Of a stretch of 64,000 nucleotides of DNA, positions 53,270 to 63,107 are shown piece after piece; positions within the stretch are counted from its first letter, which is position 1, and every line of letters starts with the position of its first letter. Origin of the DNA: an uncultured delta proteobacterium (lineage in GTDB: Bacteria > Myxococcota_A > Polyangia > Fen-1088); contig CAVTRY010000018.1 of the NCBI GenBank assembly GCA_963737265.1, positions 64,001-128,000 on the forward strand. Reading direction: 5' to 3'. The notes under the pieces are model-generated. The model did not search any database. It had not been told where the DNA came from and was given only the letters and a program-made list of their open reading frames with translations. The position numbers were made by a program, and so were the translations under genes.

Positions 53270-53750
53270 CTAGGTGTTGGAACCACTTGAATTGCTGGTC
53301 GCGTTCGGCGGAGGTACCGCGGCCGCCGCCGCCTTCTTTCCGCTCGAATGCCTTGACGGAGGCGGTGAATCGGATGCGGGCCCGCTGGCGTCCATCTGGC
53401 AATGACCATCGAAAACCACGCCCTTTTCCACGAACAGCGAAGGCGTGTTGATGTTCCCCTTGACCCGTCCTGGGCTGTGAATCTCGACCGAGCGTTTCGC
53501 GGTGACGTTGCCGCGGACGGTGCCCTGAATGATGATCGAATCCCACGGAGACCTCGGCATTGACCTCCGCGCCTTCGCCGACGATGAGGACATCCTCGGT
53601 GAAGATCTCTCCTGTCAACTTCCCGTCGACGCGAACGGTACCTTCGAACGACAGCTTTCCTTCGAACTCGCTGCCCTTGCCGAGCAAGGTTGTGACCGGC
53701 TGAGTGCTGCTTGGTTCGCCGGACGCGGGGGACTGCGTGGTCAACGTCAT
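53270..53750 (-). CDS. Bactofilin (polymer-forming cytoskeletal protein), +1 frameshift near 53540
   Basis: LLGKGSEFEGKLSFEGTVRVDG...VSVG continues in another frame as SIIIQGTVRGNV...GVVFDGHCQM. Confidence 0.85.
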
Positions 53751-53840
53751 GGCTTTTGGGGGCAAACCCTACACTTCAACCGAGCCGGCCGTCAACGAAG
53801 GAAGACGCTCAATTCGACTTCATTTTGGTGGGGCAGGCTT

Positions 53841-55556
53841 TCAGTATCCCGCTGGGGCTCCACCCGAGCGCCCGTCCACCGCGGCATCGAGGCCCTGTGG
53901 AGAACGCAGGATCATGTTGGCTTTGCCGATGTCTGGGCGCAGCTTCGTGATGTGTCCCAACCGCTCAAGCGCGTGCACGACCTCGGTCGGCACACCGGGC
54001 TCGTAGAAAAGAAGGTCCGGATCCCATTGGTGGTGGATGCGCGGGGCCGCCACCGCCTGCTTGGCACCCAGTCCCAGGGCGAGCACATCGAAGACAATCT
54101 GGAGCGTTGCTGAAACGATGCGCGGACCGCCAGCCGCGCCAGCAACAAGGTCGACACCCTTGTCTCCAAGCACGAGGGTGGGCGACATCGAGGACACCGG
54201 CCGTTTGCCTGGCGCAGCCCGGTTTGCCTCGCTGCCCGACAGAGCGAACACGTCGGGCTGGTCGCCTGCGGGCGTGAAGTCGTCCATCTCGTCGTTGAGA
54301 ACGATTCCGGTGCCGCCGGCGACCAGGCGCGCACCAAACTCCAGGTTGATGGTGGTGGTCAGCGCCACCGCGTTGCCTTCTCGATCCACGACCGAAATGT
54401 GCGCCGTTCCCCCGTCGCGCGCTGGCTCGGACGCGTGGAGCGACGGGGTTCCATACGCATCATGGGCAAGGACGCGGTCCGGGCGAAAGCGCAGGGCGAG
54501 CTCGTGGTGGTAGGTGGGATCGAGAAGGTGTTCGAGCGGTACGTGCACGAAGTCGGGATCCCCGAGATAGCGGGCGCGGTCGGCGAATCCATGTTTGAGA
54601 GCCTCGGCCATGAGGTGGAAATAAGCGGGCGACATCTGAGCGCGGTCGTGTTGCAAGGTCGCGATGGCGCCGCTAGCGACAGGATCGGAAAGAATCGCGA
54701 GCGCTTCGATGATGATGACACCCCCGGCGGAGGGTGGCGGCATGGTCACCACGCGCCAACCGAGGAACTTAGTTTCGAGTGGCATTCGCTCCACGGGCGT
54801 GTAGTGCGCCAGATCTTCAAGGGACATTACACCGCCCGCCGCGGTGGTTTCGCTCACGATGGCGCGTGCGATGTCGCCGCGATAGAAAGTTCGGGCGCCT
54901 TCTCGACGCAGCCTTGTCAGCGTCTTCGCTAGAGCTGGCCGCGCCACTCGGTCGCCAGCGCGGAGCTCGCCGGCGGTTTTGCCGTTTAGTGAAAAGATCT
55001 TGCCGATGAGATCGGACCCAGTCGTGGGGTGGCGCTCGATTTCGTCCTTGATTTGCTGAGTCAGCCAGGGCGAGACCCTAAAACCGCGCGCCAAGCGCCG
55101 CGCCGGTGCCACGCAGCGGGCAAACGAAAGCGCGCCAAAGCGGCGAACCAGCTCGCCGAGACCGCTGGCTTCGCCGGGCACTCCCACCGAAAGGCCAGTC
55201 TGCGGGATCCATGGGCGTACCTCTCCCGGTCGCGCGGCAAGCGCCATCGGCGCGGTTTCGCGGAAATCCAGGGCGACGACCTTGCCGGTCTTGGCCAGGT
55301 AGACCAGCGCGAATCCGCCGCCGCCGAGCCCAGAGGCAAAGGGATCGACCACGCCAAGGGCCATGGCGGTCGCGCAGGCTGCGTCGACGGCATTGCCTCC
55401 GGCCATCAGCAAATCCAGCCCGGCCGCCGACGCCGCCGCTGAATCAGATGCGACAGCGCCGTGGCTTACGTGTAAGAATGTGCCGTCCGCCACGACTTTT
55501 GCCGAGACCGAGGCGGGCGCGAGAACCAGACCCAGCACAACCAGCGCCACGCGCAA
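53841..55556 (-). CDS. ggt: Gamma-glutamyltransferase (start uncertain)
   Basis: GGNAVDAA, SGLGGGGF, DFRE, TAHISVVD, NDEMDDF and PGKRPVSSMSP. Confidence 0.93.
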   Translation of the reverse strand: MRVALVVLGLVLAPASVSAKVVADGTFLHVSHGAVASDSAAASAAGLDLLMAGGNAVDAACATAMALGVVDPFASGLGGGGFALVYLAKTGKVVALDFRETAPMALAARPGEVRPWIPQTGLSVGVPGEASGLGELVRRFGALSFARCVAPARRLARGFRVSPWLTQQIKDEIERHPTTGSDLIGKIFSLNGKTAGELRAGDRVARPALAKTLTRLRREGARTFYRGDIARAIVSETTAAGGVMSLEDLAHYTPVERMPLETKFLGWRVVTMPPPSAGGVIIIEALAILSDPVASGAIATLQHDRAQMSPAYFHLMAEALKHGFADRARYLGDPDFVHVPLEHLLDPTYHHELALRFRPDRVLAHDAYGTPSLHASEPARDGGTAHISVVDREGNAVALTTTINLEFGARLVAGGTGIVLNDEMDDFTPAGDQPDVFALSGSEANRAAPGKRPVSSMSPTLVLGDKGVDLVAGAAGGPRIVSATLQIVFDVLALGLGAKQAVAAPRIHHQWDPDLLFYEPGVPTEVVHALERLGHITKLRPDIGKANMILRSPQGLDAAVDGRSGGAPAGY

Positions 55557-55661
55557 GACCTTTCCGTGGTCGTTTGGATTTGCGCGCTCGCAGCGAATCA
55601 ACAATTGAAGGAAAATCACTCCCGGCGTAACCTCTTGTGGCCCGACCAAGGGAAAACCGAC

Positions 55662-57722
55662 ATGGACGAACCGTCAAGCACGGAAAGCAACGCGATCACA
55701 CTTCGCATCAAGTTCAAGAGCGCGTCGCTGGACGAATTCATCAGCAGATACGGGGCTGATGTAAGTCCCGGCGGGATCTTCATCCGCACCAAACAGCCAC
55801 TCGACGTTGGCACCAACCTTAAGTTCGATTTCACCCTCGCGGACGGCGGCGCTTTGCTCGCCGGGCTCGGCACGGTCGCCTGGGTGCGCGAGAACGATCC
55901 CGCTCGCGCCAACAACGTGCCAGGCATGGGCCTGAGATTCGACAAGCTGTCAGCCGAAAGCCAGCACAACCACCAGACGATTCTGACGGAGAAAGCGCGT
56001 AAGGAAGGCAAGGCGCTCGGCACGCCGTATCCACCGGCGTCCTTCGTTGCGCCTGCGTCGCGGCCATCGCCAGCACCCGAGGCGCCACGTGCCGTCTCTC
56101 CTTCGCCCGACAGACGCGAACCAGCGCCGCCGAATCTCGCCGTCACTCGTCCAGCGCCTGCATCGGTGGTGAAGGTCGCGCCGCCCGAGCCACCCGTGCC
56201 CGTGGTGGCACCTGTTTCCTTGCAGGACAGTTCCGACAATACGGACGAGTTTTCTCCCGCCGGCAAGACGGTAATCCGCGACATGCCGGCGGACTTGGAT
56301 TCGGGGCCCACCAACTCGGGACCTTCTCCGCTCAGCAAGTCCTCCGAGGAGGCTGCGCCGGCGGCACAGCTGGACGATTGGAAGACGGATGCCGAATCGC
56401 TGCCGGTGACGAAGGCCGCACCGCCGCCCAAGCCATGGGTGGATCAAACTGCGCTCGATGCCGGCGGTGATTCCAGCGGCCAGGCGCAATTTCCCCTCAC
56501 CCCCGCCAGCCGCAAGAGCGCGAGTGGGGAAGGGTTGGCCCCGCTGCTGAGCTTGGGCGCTGGCGCGGGTCACGATTCCGACAAATCCGCCGCGCCGACC
56601 GAGGTTTTGGAGGAAATTTCGGGCGGCGCCCCGATCGAGGAAACCGCCGCCGAAAAGACCCAGGAGGTTTCGGAATCGACGCCACCTCCGCAGGCGCCCG
56701 ATCCGTTCGATATGACCGAGGTTCCACTCGACATGGACTCGTCGCTCGGCAAGGGAGCGGCGCAGGCCAAGAGCTCGGGTAAGGTAATATTCGTTGTGGC
56801 CCTGGTGGCCGCCGCCGCGGCTTTTGGCGCAGTATACCTGGCCAAGACCAAGCCCTGGCAGCAACAAGCCGCACGCGAAGTAGCGCCGCCCAGCGTGGCC
56901 GCGAGCCCCGCGCCCGTCACGCCGCCGCCCGCGCCTTCTGTCGCTGCTCAGCCTTCCGCTCCGGCGCCCGAACCGGTGAAACCCATCGCGGCCGAGGACC
57001 CGGCCGCCAAGCCAGCGGCGGAACAAGCGAAGCCCGAGCCGGTCGCGCCCGCGCCTGAGAAGCCAGCCGCGGAGAAGACCGGCGCCAAGGCGGAGGCCAA
57101 GGCGGACGCGACCAAACCCGCGACCAAACCGACGTCCGCCGGCAAGCCAGCCAGCAAGTGGGGCGAGGGAAAGGCCGCCGCACAAGAAGAGGAGGAGAAA
57201 GAGGAAGTCTATCGCCTCATCTTCAAATCGATTCCTTCGGGCTCCGAGGTTCTCATCGACGGCGAATATTTTGGACGCACCCCTTGCGAGCGGCGAATTC
57301 TGGACCGCAGCAAGTCGTACGCCATTTTGGTGCGGCGCGAGGGGTACGAACCGCACGAGCGCATGTTGGGCGCCTCGGACAACTGGCTGAAGAAGGGCAA
57401 CGAGCGCATTCTCACCGTCACGGCCAAGCTGAAGAGAATCAGCAAGGGTGGGGCGGGTGCCGAGCACAGCGCAGAGAGCAGCTCTGAAATCAAACCTGAA
57501 AAGGCTCCCGAGGTCGCCGCACCCGCGGCCAAGCCGGAGGCCAAGAATGAGGCGAAGCCGGCAATCAAGCCGGAGGCAAAGGCCGCGGCCAAACCGGACG
57601 TCAAGGCAGAGCCTGCCAAGCCCGCCGCCGCTGCCAAACCCGAGCCGACCAAGCCGGTCGTGGCCCCGGCGGAGAAGCCGAACGCGCTCAAACCAGCCCC
57701 GGCTTTTGACGAAGCGAAATAG
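55662..57722 (+). CDS. TIGR02266-type (myxobacterial PilZ-like) membrane protein with PEGA-like domain
   Basis: DVSPGGIFIRT...GTVAWVR...PGMGLRF; TM helix; SIPSGSEVLIDG; Pro/Ala/Lys-rich linkers. Confidence 0.8.
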   Translation: MDEPSSTESNAITLRIKFKSASLDEFISRYGADVSPGGIFIRTKQPLDVGTNLKFDFTLADGGALLAGLGTVAWVRENDPARANNVPGMGLRFDKLSAESQHNHQTILTEKARKEGKALGTPYPPASFVAPASRPSPAPEAPRAVSPSPDRREPAPPNLAVTRPAPASVVKVAPPEPPVPVVAPVSLQDSSDNTDEFSPAGKTVIRDMPADLDSGPTNSGPSPLSKSSEEAAPAAQLDDWKTDAESLPVTKAAPPPKPWVDQTALDAGGDSSGQAQFPLTPASRKSASGEGLAPLLSLGAGAGHDSDKSAAPTEVLEEISGGAPIEETAAEKTQEVSESTPPPQAPDPFDMTEVPLDMDSSLGKGAAQAKSSGKVIFVVALVAAAAAFGAVYLAKTKPWQQQAAREVAPPSVAASPAPVTPPPAPSVAAQPSAPAPEPVKPIAAEDPAAKPAAEQAKPEPVAPAPEKPAAEKTGAKAEAKADATKPATKPTSAGKPASKWGEGKAAAQEEEEKEEVYRLIFKSIPSGSEVLIDGEYFGRTPCERRILDRSKSYAILVRREGYEPHERMLGASDNWLKKGNERILTVTAKLKRISKGGAGAEHSAESSSEIKPEKAPEVAAPAAKPEAKNEAKPAIKPEAKAAAKPDVKAEPAKPAAAAKPEPTKPVVAPAEKPNALKPAPAFDEAK

Positions 57723-57742
57723 GATCTGCGAGTAGCTCCTCC

Positions 57743-58987
57743 ATGACTGCGGATCGTCGCCAGTGGTCGAAGCTAGGCACCACGGGAGCGGCGCTCGTCA
57801 CGCTCGGCCTGGTGGCCGTGGGGCTCGGCGGAGCGCTCGGCGGCGGGTGGTTCTCGGGAAAAGTCTCTTCCGGCCAGCCAGGCGCCAAAGCGGCGAAGGG
57901 CAAACGACTGCCGCGCATCGATGTCCACACCCACATCAGTCCCGGTGGGCTCGAGCGGGCGCTGGCCATCATGGACCAATGGGGTATCGATGGCATGGTG
58001 AACCTTTCCGGCTACACGCCCGGCCCGCCACGGCATGGCTTGGAAACTCAGTTGGCCATCGCACGCGCCTCGGGCGGCCGCATCGCCGTTTTCACCAACG
58101 TCAATTTCATCAAGGCTGTGCGCACCCGGCCCGACTATGGCACCGCGATGGCGGAAGAGCTGAGCGTGGCGAAAGAGATGGGTGCCATCGGGCTCAAGAT
58201 TCCCAAGGGCTTGGGCCTCGGGTACCCGGCGCCCGACGGGCAGAAGTTGCTGCCGGTCGACGATGCCGGCCTCGATCCTCTGTTCGAGGAAGCTGGCAAA
58301 CTGGGCATGCCCGTCGCGATTCACACCGGCGATCCCAAGGCCTTCTGGCAGCCCGCCGACGAGAAGAACGAACGCCTCGACGAACTGCGCGCGCATCCCG
58401 AATGGTCGTTTTTTGGTGAGCCAGTGCCGTCGTGGGAAGAGCTCAACGCGCAGTTCGAACGCCGTGTGGCCCGCCACCCCAAGACCATTTTCATCGGCGT
58501 GCATTTTGGCAACGACCCCGAAGATCCGGACCGCGTGGCCCGCATGCTGGACAAGTATCCCAACCTCTATATCGACACGGCGGCGCGCGTGCCTGAAATT
58601 GGCCGGCAGGACGCGACCAAGATGCGCCGACTTTTCGAGAAATACCAAGACCGCATCCTGTTCGGCACCGATCTCGGTGTGGGAGAGACGCAAGACGAAA
58701 TGATGTACGGGTCGAATGGCGCGCTGCCGCCCACCCTGGCCGACGAGCGCCGCTACTTTGAATCGACGTGGCGCTACTTCGAAACGACCGACAAACAGTT
58801 CGAGTCGCCCACCCCCATCCAGGGCCGCTGGAAGATCGACGGACTCGGCCTCGCAGAGCCGATTTTGCGCAAGGTCTATTTCGAAAACGCCGTTCGGCTT
58901 CTCAAATGGCAGCCGCCGGCTGGCCCACCCCACGCCGATCATCCCGTCGCCCCGCGCCCGCCGCCCAGCCCAGGGCAAACAAAGTGA
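57743..58987 (+). CDS. Amidohydrolase-family protein
   Basis: IDVHTH, PVAIHTGD and RILFGTD. Confidence 0.88.
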   Translation: MTADRRQWSKLGTTGAALVTLGLVAVGLGGALGGGWFSGKVSSGQPGAKAAKGKRLPRIDVHTHISPGGLERALAIMDQWGIDGMVNLSGYTPGPPRHGLETQLAIARASGGRIAVFTNVNFIKAVRTRPDYGTAMAEELSVAKEMGAIGLKIPKGLGLGYPAPDGQKLLPVDDAGLDPLFEEAGKLGMPVAIHTGDPKAFWQPADEKNERLDELRAHPEWSFFGEPVPSWEELNAQFERRVARHPKTIFIGVHFGNDPEDPDRVARMLDKYPNLYIDTAARVPEIGRQDATKMRRLFEKYQDRILFGTDLGVGETQDEMMYGSNGALPPTLADERRYFESTWRYFETTDKQFESPTPIQGRWKIDGLGLAEPILRKVYFENAVRLLKWQPPAGPPHADHPVAPRPPPSPGQTK

Positions 58988-59047
58988 CGAAATGTGCGGT
59001 TGAGCTTGACGGCGGGACTCGTCTGCACATAATCATCGCCTTCCCAT

Positions 59048-59123
59048 TCCGGAGTAGCTCAGTCGGCAGAGCAGACGGCTGTTAACCGTCGGGTCGGGAG
59101 TTCGAATCTCTCCTCCGGAGCCA
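59048..59123 (+). tRNA. tRNA-Asn (GTT)
   Basis: 76-nt cloverleaf: TCCGGAG/CTCCGGA acceptor stem, GACGG-CTGTTAA-CCGTC anticodon arm, TTCGAAT T-loop and encoded CCA. Confidence 0.97.
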
Positions 59124-59164
59124 CCCGATCGCCCCCACCAACTTCGGTGGGCTGGCGATTTAAC

Positions 59165-59204
59165 TGCGCGCCCCCGTGCCTCGTCGAGGGGGCGTCGCGC
59201 TTTT
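59165..59204 (+). terminator. Possible intrinsic terminator after the tRNA
   Basis: GCGCGCCCCC...GGGGGCGTCGCGC followed by TTTT. Confidence 0.5.
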
Positions 59205-59414
59205 CGGCCTGTATTTGCAGGGGTTTGCGTGAGTCGGCCTCCATGCGCCCGCGAGTGGCGGCTCTCGCAGAGAGCAGGTGGCTGGGCGCTGGGCGCCAGC
59301 GCTTCTTTTCCGGCCTCCGAGCGCTCTCTTGGGCGCTGGCCGGGAGAGACCATCGGAGAGCGTTTAATAGCCAGAGAGCGCGTTTAACAGATTTGAGCGA
59401 TTCTAAGCCGGTTT

Positions 59415-59499
59415 TCAGTCAAATTCGGTTCGAATCCGCACCGCTACCCCAACCCACCCGTGACCCATTCTCTGTTTAATGGGTTAATAGCGCAGTGGG
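59415..59499 (+). repeat. ~85-bp direct repeat, copy 1 (copy 2 at 62560-62643)
   Basis: About 81% identity by manual alignment, with conserved ends. Confidence 0.85.
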
Positions 59500-59668
59500 C
59501 GACATGTTGTTGTTCACGGGGATATTCTGTGCTGAGGGGCGCTCATGTTGCCGCCGAAGAGAGCCTCGTCGGAGGACGCAGCGGATGCGGCGCCCACACC
59601 GTTGAACGGCAAGCCGTTGGCCGGCTTTTTACGAGCGAATCAACCTTGCGCGCCCGATTCATCGAGGG

Positions 59669-60715
59669 CTAGAATTTCGTGCAGTCGATGACGAAGCGGT
59701 ACTTCACGTCGCCTTTCACCGTGCGCGCAAAGGCCTCGTTGATTTTCTCCGGCGTGGTGAGTTCGATGTCGCTGGTGATGCCGTGCTTTCCGCAATGATC
59801 CAGCATTTCCTGGGTTTCGGGGATCCCGCCCACCAGCGAGCCCATCACCTTGCGGCGTCCGAAGATGAGCGGGAATGGGCTTAGATCGAGCGTCTCGGGA
59901 GATGCGCCGACGAGGATGAGCGTTCCTTCGCGTTTCAGGCAACCGAGCGGTTGATTGATATCGTGCTTGGCCGAGATGGTATCGACGATCGCGTCGAAGC
60001 GGTTCGCCAGCGGCGCCAAGGCGTTGTCAGCGCTGGTGAGGACAAAGTCGTGCGCCCCAAGTTTCTGCGCGTCGGTTTTCTTCCCCGGCGAGCGGCTTAG
60101 CATCGTGACTTCGGCGCCGAACGAGGCGGCGAGCTTGACCGCCATATGGCCGAGCCCTCCGAGCCCCATCACGGCGACTCGCGAGCCTTTCTTGATGCCA
60201 ACGTGGCGAAGCGGCGAGTACGTGGTGATGCCGGCGCAAAGCAACGGGGCGGCGCCCGCGGGATCCAGGTTCGCCGGGACATTCAAGACGAAGTGTTCGG
60301 TGACGACGATCTGGTTGGAATAGCCACCCAAGGTCTGCGTCTTCCCGCCTGTGTCGGCGTCCGGGCTTCCGTAGGTCATCGTCATGCCGGTCTCGCAGTA
60401 GTTCTCGTGGCCTTCCTTGCAACTTGCGCAGGTCCCACACGCGTTGACGAAACAGCCGACGGCCACGCGCTCTCCAACCTTAACCTTCTTGACGTCGTCG
60501 CCGACTTTGACCACGCGGCCGACGATCTCGTGGCCGGGAAGGCAGGGGAAAGTCGTCATCCCCCATTCGTTGCGGGCGAAGTGAATGTCCGAATGACAAA
60601 TTCCGCAGAATTCGATGGCGATTTGAACATCCCGCCGTCCCGGCGCGCGGCGTTCGAATTGAAACGGGGCAAGTGGCGCTGCTGCCGACAGGGCTGCATA
60701 TCCTTTGGTGAGCAT
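59669..60715 (-). CDS. Zn-dependent NAD(P)H alcohol/aldehyde dehydrogenase (YahK/CAD-like)
   Basis: CGICHSD, GHEIVG, CGTCASC, LLCAGITTY and GLGGLG. Confidence 0.95.
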   Translation of the reverse strand: MLTKGYAALSAAAPLAPFQFERRAPGRRDVQIAIEFCGICHSDIHFARNEWGMTTFPCLPGHEIVGRVVKVGDDVKKVKVGERVAVGCFVNACGTCASCKEGHENYCETGMTMTYGSPDADTGGKTQTLGGYSNQIVVTEHFVLNVPANLDPAGAAPLLCAGITTYSPLRHVGIKKGSRVAVMGLGGLGHMAVKLAASFGAEVTMLSRSPGKKTDAQKLGAHDFVLTSADNALAPLANRFDAIVDTISAKHDINQPLGCLKREGTLILVGASPETLDLSPFPLIFGRRKVMGSLVGGIPETQEMLDHCGKHGITSDIELTTPEKINEAFARTVKGDVKYRFVIDCTKF

Positions 60716-60925
60716 GGGGCCTCCATTCATTGAGTGTCGGGGAGTCTGTCGGACCTTGCCGACCGGCGCCACCCCGAAAGGTCCACGCGCATGAATCCGA
60801 AGCGCCACCCTGGAATGCTGTACTCTCGCGTGACCTTAACATGAAGCTCCACCGGAAAAGCGTCCTTGCCTCGGGTGTCCGCCGCAAGAATGCGGATCGA
60901 TGACCGGGAGGACCCCAAAGGGTAG

Positions 60926-61213
60926 TCAGGATTGGTCGCGGCGAGGGCTGGGCACCTCCCCGCTTGGGTCGAATTGGGCCGGGATCGGGCGTTCGAGCGC
61001 GCGGGAGTAGACTGCGGACATGCGAATCGCGTGACCCGCGCCGTCCACGAGCTGTGCTGCATCGGTCAGTCTCACGCGACCCGCGCATAGGATGTGGTTT
61101 TGGATAAACGCGGGCCAAGACAGACCACGATTGCGAGGCAAGTGCGGCGGTCGATACTTGGCGACGGTTCGCGGGGTCCGGACCTTTTCCGCCGGATCAA
61201 ACGGAACCGACAT
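60926..61213 (-). pseudogene. Probable remnant of an integrase-core (DDE) transposase
   Basis: PRTVAKYRP...RGLSWPAFIQNH resembles the segment before the rve domain. No catalytic core remains. Confidence 0.45.
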
Positions 61214-61374
61214 GTTCCTCAGCGAATCCGGTGCGAGGGTACTTTTTCACGCAACTTTGGATGGCGAGGGTTGGGGAAGCGGTTCCCAAGGTTGTTCGGC
61301 CGCCCGCAACCTGCGTGGGTTTTCGAGCATCCAAGCGAGCGCTTACAAGCTCGCGCACCAAGTAGGAGGAACCC

Positions 61375-61797
61375 ATGGCCATCAAGAAGCTTAACCCATA
61401 CCTCAACTTCGACGGAACCGCGGAGAAAGCGATCCAGCTTTATGAAAGCGCCCTTGGCGCCAAGACCGACCGAATCATGCGATGGGGCGATGTAGCCGAG
61501 ATGAAAGTCGACCCCGAGCACAAAGACCGCGTTATGCACGCAGCTCTCTTCATCGGCGAAGGCGTGATCATGGTCAGCGACTGCCAGCCCGACCAACCAT
61601 TCACGACCGGAGACAGCGTCCACGTCAGCGTCGATTTCGACGATCCCGCCGACATGACCAAGAGGTTCAACGCCCTCGCGGCCGGCGGCAAGGTGCTCAT
61701 GCCCGTCCAAGACATGTTCTGGGGCGCGAAGTTCGGCATGCTCAAGGATGCCTACGGCATCGGCTGGATGTTCAACTGCGACAGCAAGAGGAGCTGA
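61375..61797 (+). CDS. VOC/PhnB-family protein
   Basis: LNPYLNFDG, VMHA and MFWGAKFGMLKDAYGIGW. Confidence 0.92.
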   Translation: MAIKKLNPYLNFDGTAEKAIQLYESALGAKTDRIMRWGDVAEMKVDPEHKDRVMHAALFIGEGVIMVSDCQPDQPFTTGDSVHVSVDFDDPADMTKRFNALAAGGKVLMPVQDMFWGAKFGMLKDAYGIGWMFNCDSKRS

Positions 61798-61857
61798 CAC
61801 CCCAACCCTCTCGAATCCTCTCCGACAAACAAGGCGAGTTCCTAACGAGATTCCTGA

Positions 61858-62244
61858 ATGCCCCACTCCAAACGAATGGTCATCGGCTTCTGGATCGCCA
61901 CTGCGCTCTTCTGCCTGCAGATGGGCTTCACCGCGTACGCGGAACTGCGCTTGCCGCAGGTAGCGGCGGCGTTCACCCACCTCGGCTTCCCTGCCTACTT
62001 CCGAGTGGAGCTCTCGTGGGCCAAGCTTCTCGGCGTGGTGTTGCTGCTTGCGCCGGTGCCGGCGCGGCTCAAGGAGTGGGCCTACGCCGGCTTCGCTATC
62101 GACCTCGGCTCTGCGCTTATCGCCCATTTCTCGGTGGGCGATGGTCCGGAGGCGTGGGGCTGGGCGGCGGCCACCTTTGTGCTCTGGGCGCTCTCGTACT
62201 TCTTCTGGCGCCGCCTGCAGGCCGCGCCGTTGAGTTTCCGATGA
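61858..62244 (+). CDS. DoxX-family membrane protein
   Basis: HLGFPAYF, AKLLG and LKEWAYAGF. Confidence 0.9.
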   Translation: MPHSKRMVIGFWIATALFCLQMGFTAYAELRLPQVAAAFTHLGFPAYFRVELSWAKLLGVVLLLAPVPARLKEWAYAGFAIDLGSALIAHFSVGDGPEAWGWAAATFVLWALSYFFWRRLQAAPLSFR

Positions 62245-62526
62245 ACGCTCTCACCCTCGCCAACCTCGCCGGCAGGAGACAGGCCGGTTGGCCGAACAAC
62301 GGACGCGGCATCGAGGAACCGGCGACCTGCCCCAATAGAACCCGTGGCGCATTGTGGGCACTGCGACTCGCCTTGCGACCCTGGCAGCATTTGCAGGGCC
62401 GGGGCCTGCGAGCCGGCGACCAGTCATTGGCCGGATTTTCAGTCCCCAGGACGACGACGGATTCAAAGTGACGGAGTAGATGGCCTGCTCGGCGGCGAGG
62501 CCTTCAGTCGACTTACAGTCGAGACC

Positions 62527-62562
62527 GGAACCCCTCGCCTTCAGGCGAGGGTAGGGCGCTCA
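62527..62562 (+). mobile_element. IS200/IS605/IS607-type right-end hairpin remnant
   Basis: GGAACCCCTCGCC-TTCA-GGCGAGGGTAG...TCA. Confidence 0.55.
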
Positions 62563-62643
62563 GTTAAATTCGGTCCGCATCCGTACCGCTACCCCATCCC
62601 GAATGTTGCCTGCTCTCTGGTTAATGGTTAATAGCGCAGTGGG
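62560..62643 (+). repeat. ~85-bp direct repeat, copy 2
   Basis: Aligns to 59415-59499. Confidence 0.85.
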
Positions 62644-62744
62644 TGAGCACGTAGAGGAGAGTTCTCGGGTGGCCAGCGGCATGCTGGCAGACGTGGCCCG
62701 TCCTCTTCTCGGTCGCTGCCTTACGGCATTCCACCGGACCAGCC

Positions 62745-62990
62745 CTACTTGAGCGACATCGTCAGCTCGGCCGCGGTGGCCACGCCTTGCTCGCGCGCGA
62801 CTTTCTGCACTCGGGCACGCGCTCTCGGCCGCAGTTCCCGCAGGGCGCCGAGGTATCGCCCATGGAGCTTGCGACCGGCGGACGCCTTGCCACTCGGCTT
62901 GCCCCCTTTACCAAGAATCCATTCTCCAGGTGCGACAGTAATCGCACGCGCGGACGCGCAACGCCGAGCGCATGATCGCCGCCGGAGCAA
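62745..62990 (-). CDS. Small basic hypothetical protein or gene fragment
   Basis: Protein-like C-terminus RKLHGRYLGALRELRPRARARVQKVAREQGVATA. The 5' end is unclear. Confidence 0.4.
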   Translation of the reverse strand: MLRRRSCARRCASARAITVAPGEWILGKGGKPSGKASAGRKLHGRYLGALRELRPRARARVQKVAREQGVATAAELTMSLK

Positions 62991-63107
62991 GCGGGGGGCG
63001 TCGTGCGCGGAGATGGCACCTGACGTCCTCGCTGAAGGTCAGCACGGGCACACGTGGCGCGTTCGGAAAGCGGAGCCCATCGCCGACACTCCCGCGCCGC
63101 AAATCAC

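Noticed and set aside
56880-57720. Repetitive AKPE/PAA-coding DNA in the TIGR02266-type gene
   Set aside because: An ordinary low-complexity linker, not a DNA repeat element.
59426-59451. Second tRNA gene at the GGTTCGAATCC motif
   Set aside because: No D arm, anticodon arm or acceptor pairing. Treated as part of the direct repeat.
62344-62440. Cys-rich peptide HCGHCDSPCDPGSICRAGAC
   Set aside because: Resembles one myxobacterial Cys-rich repeat but has no credible gene context, so it is probably debris.
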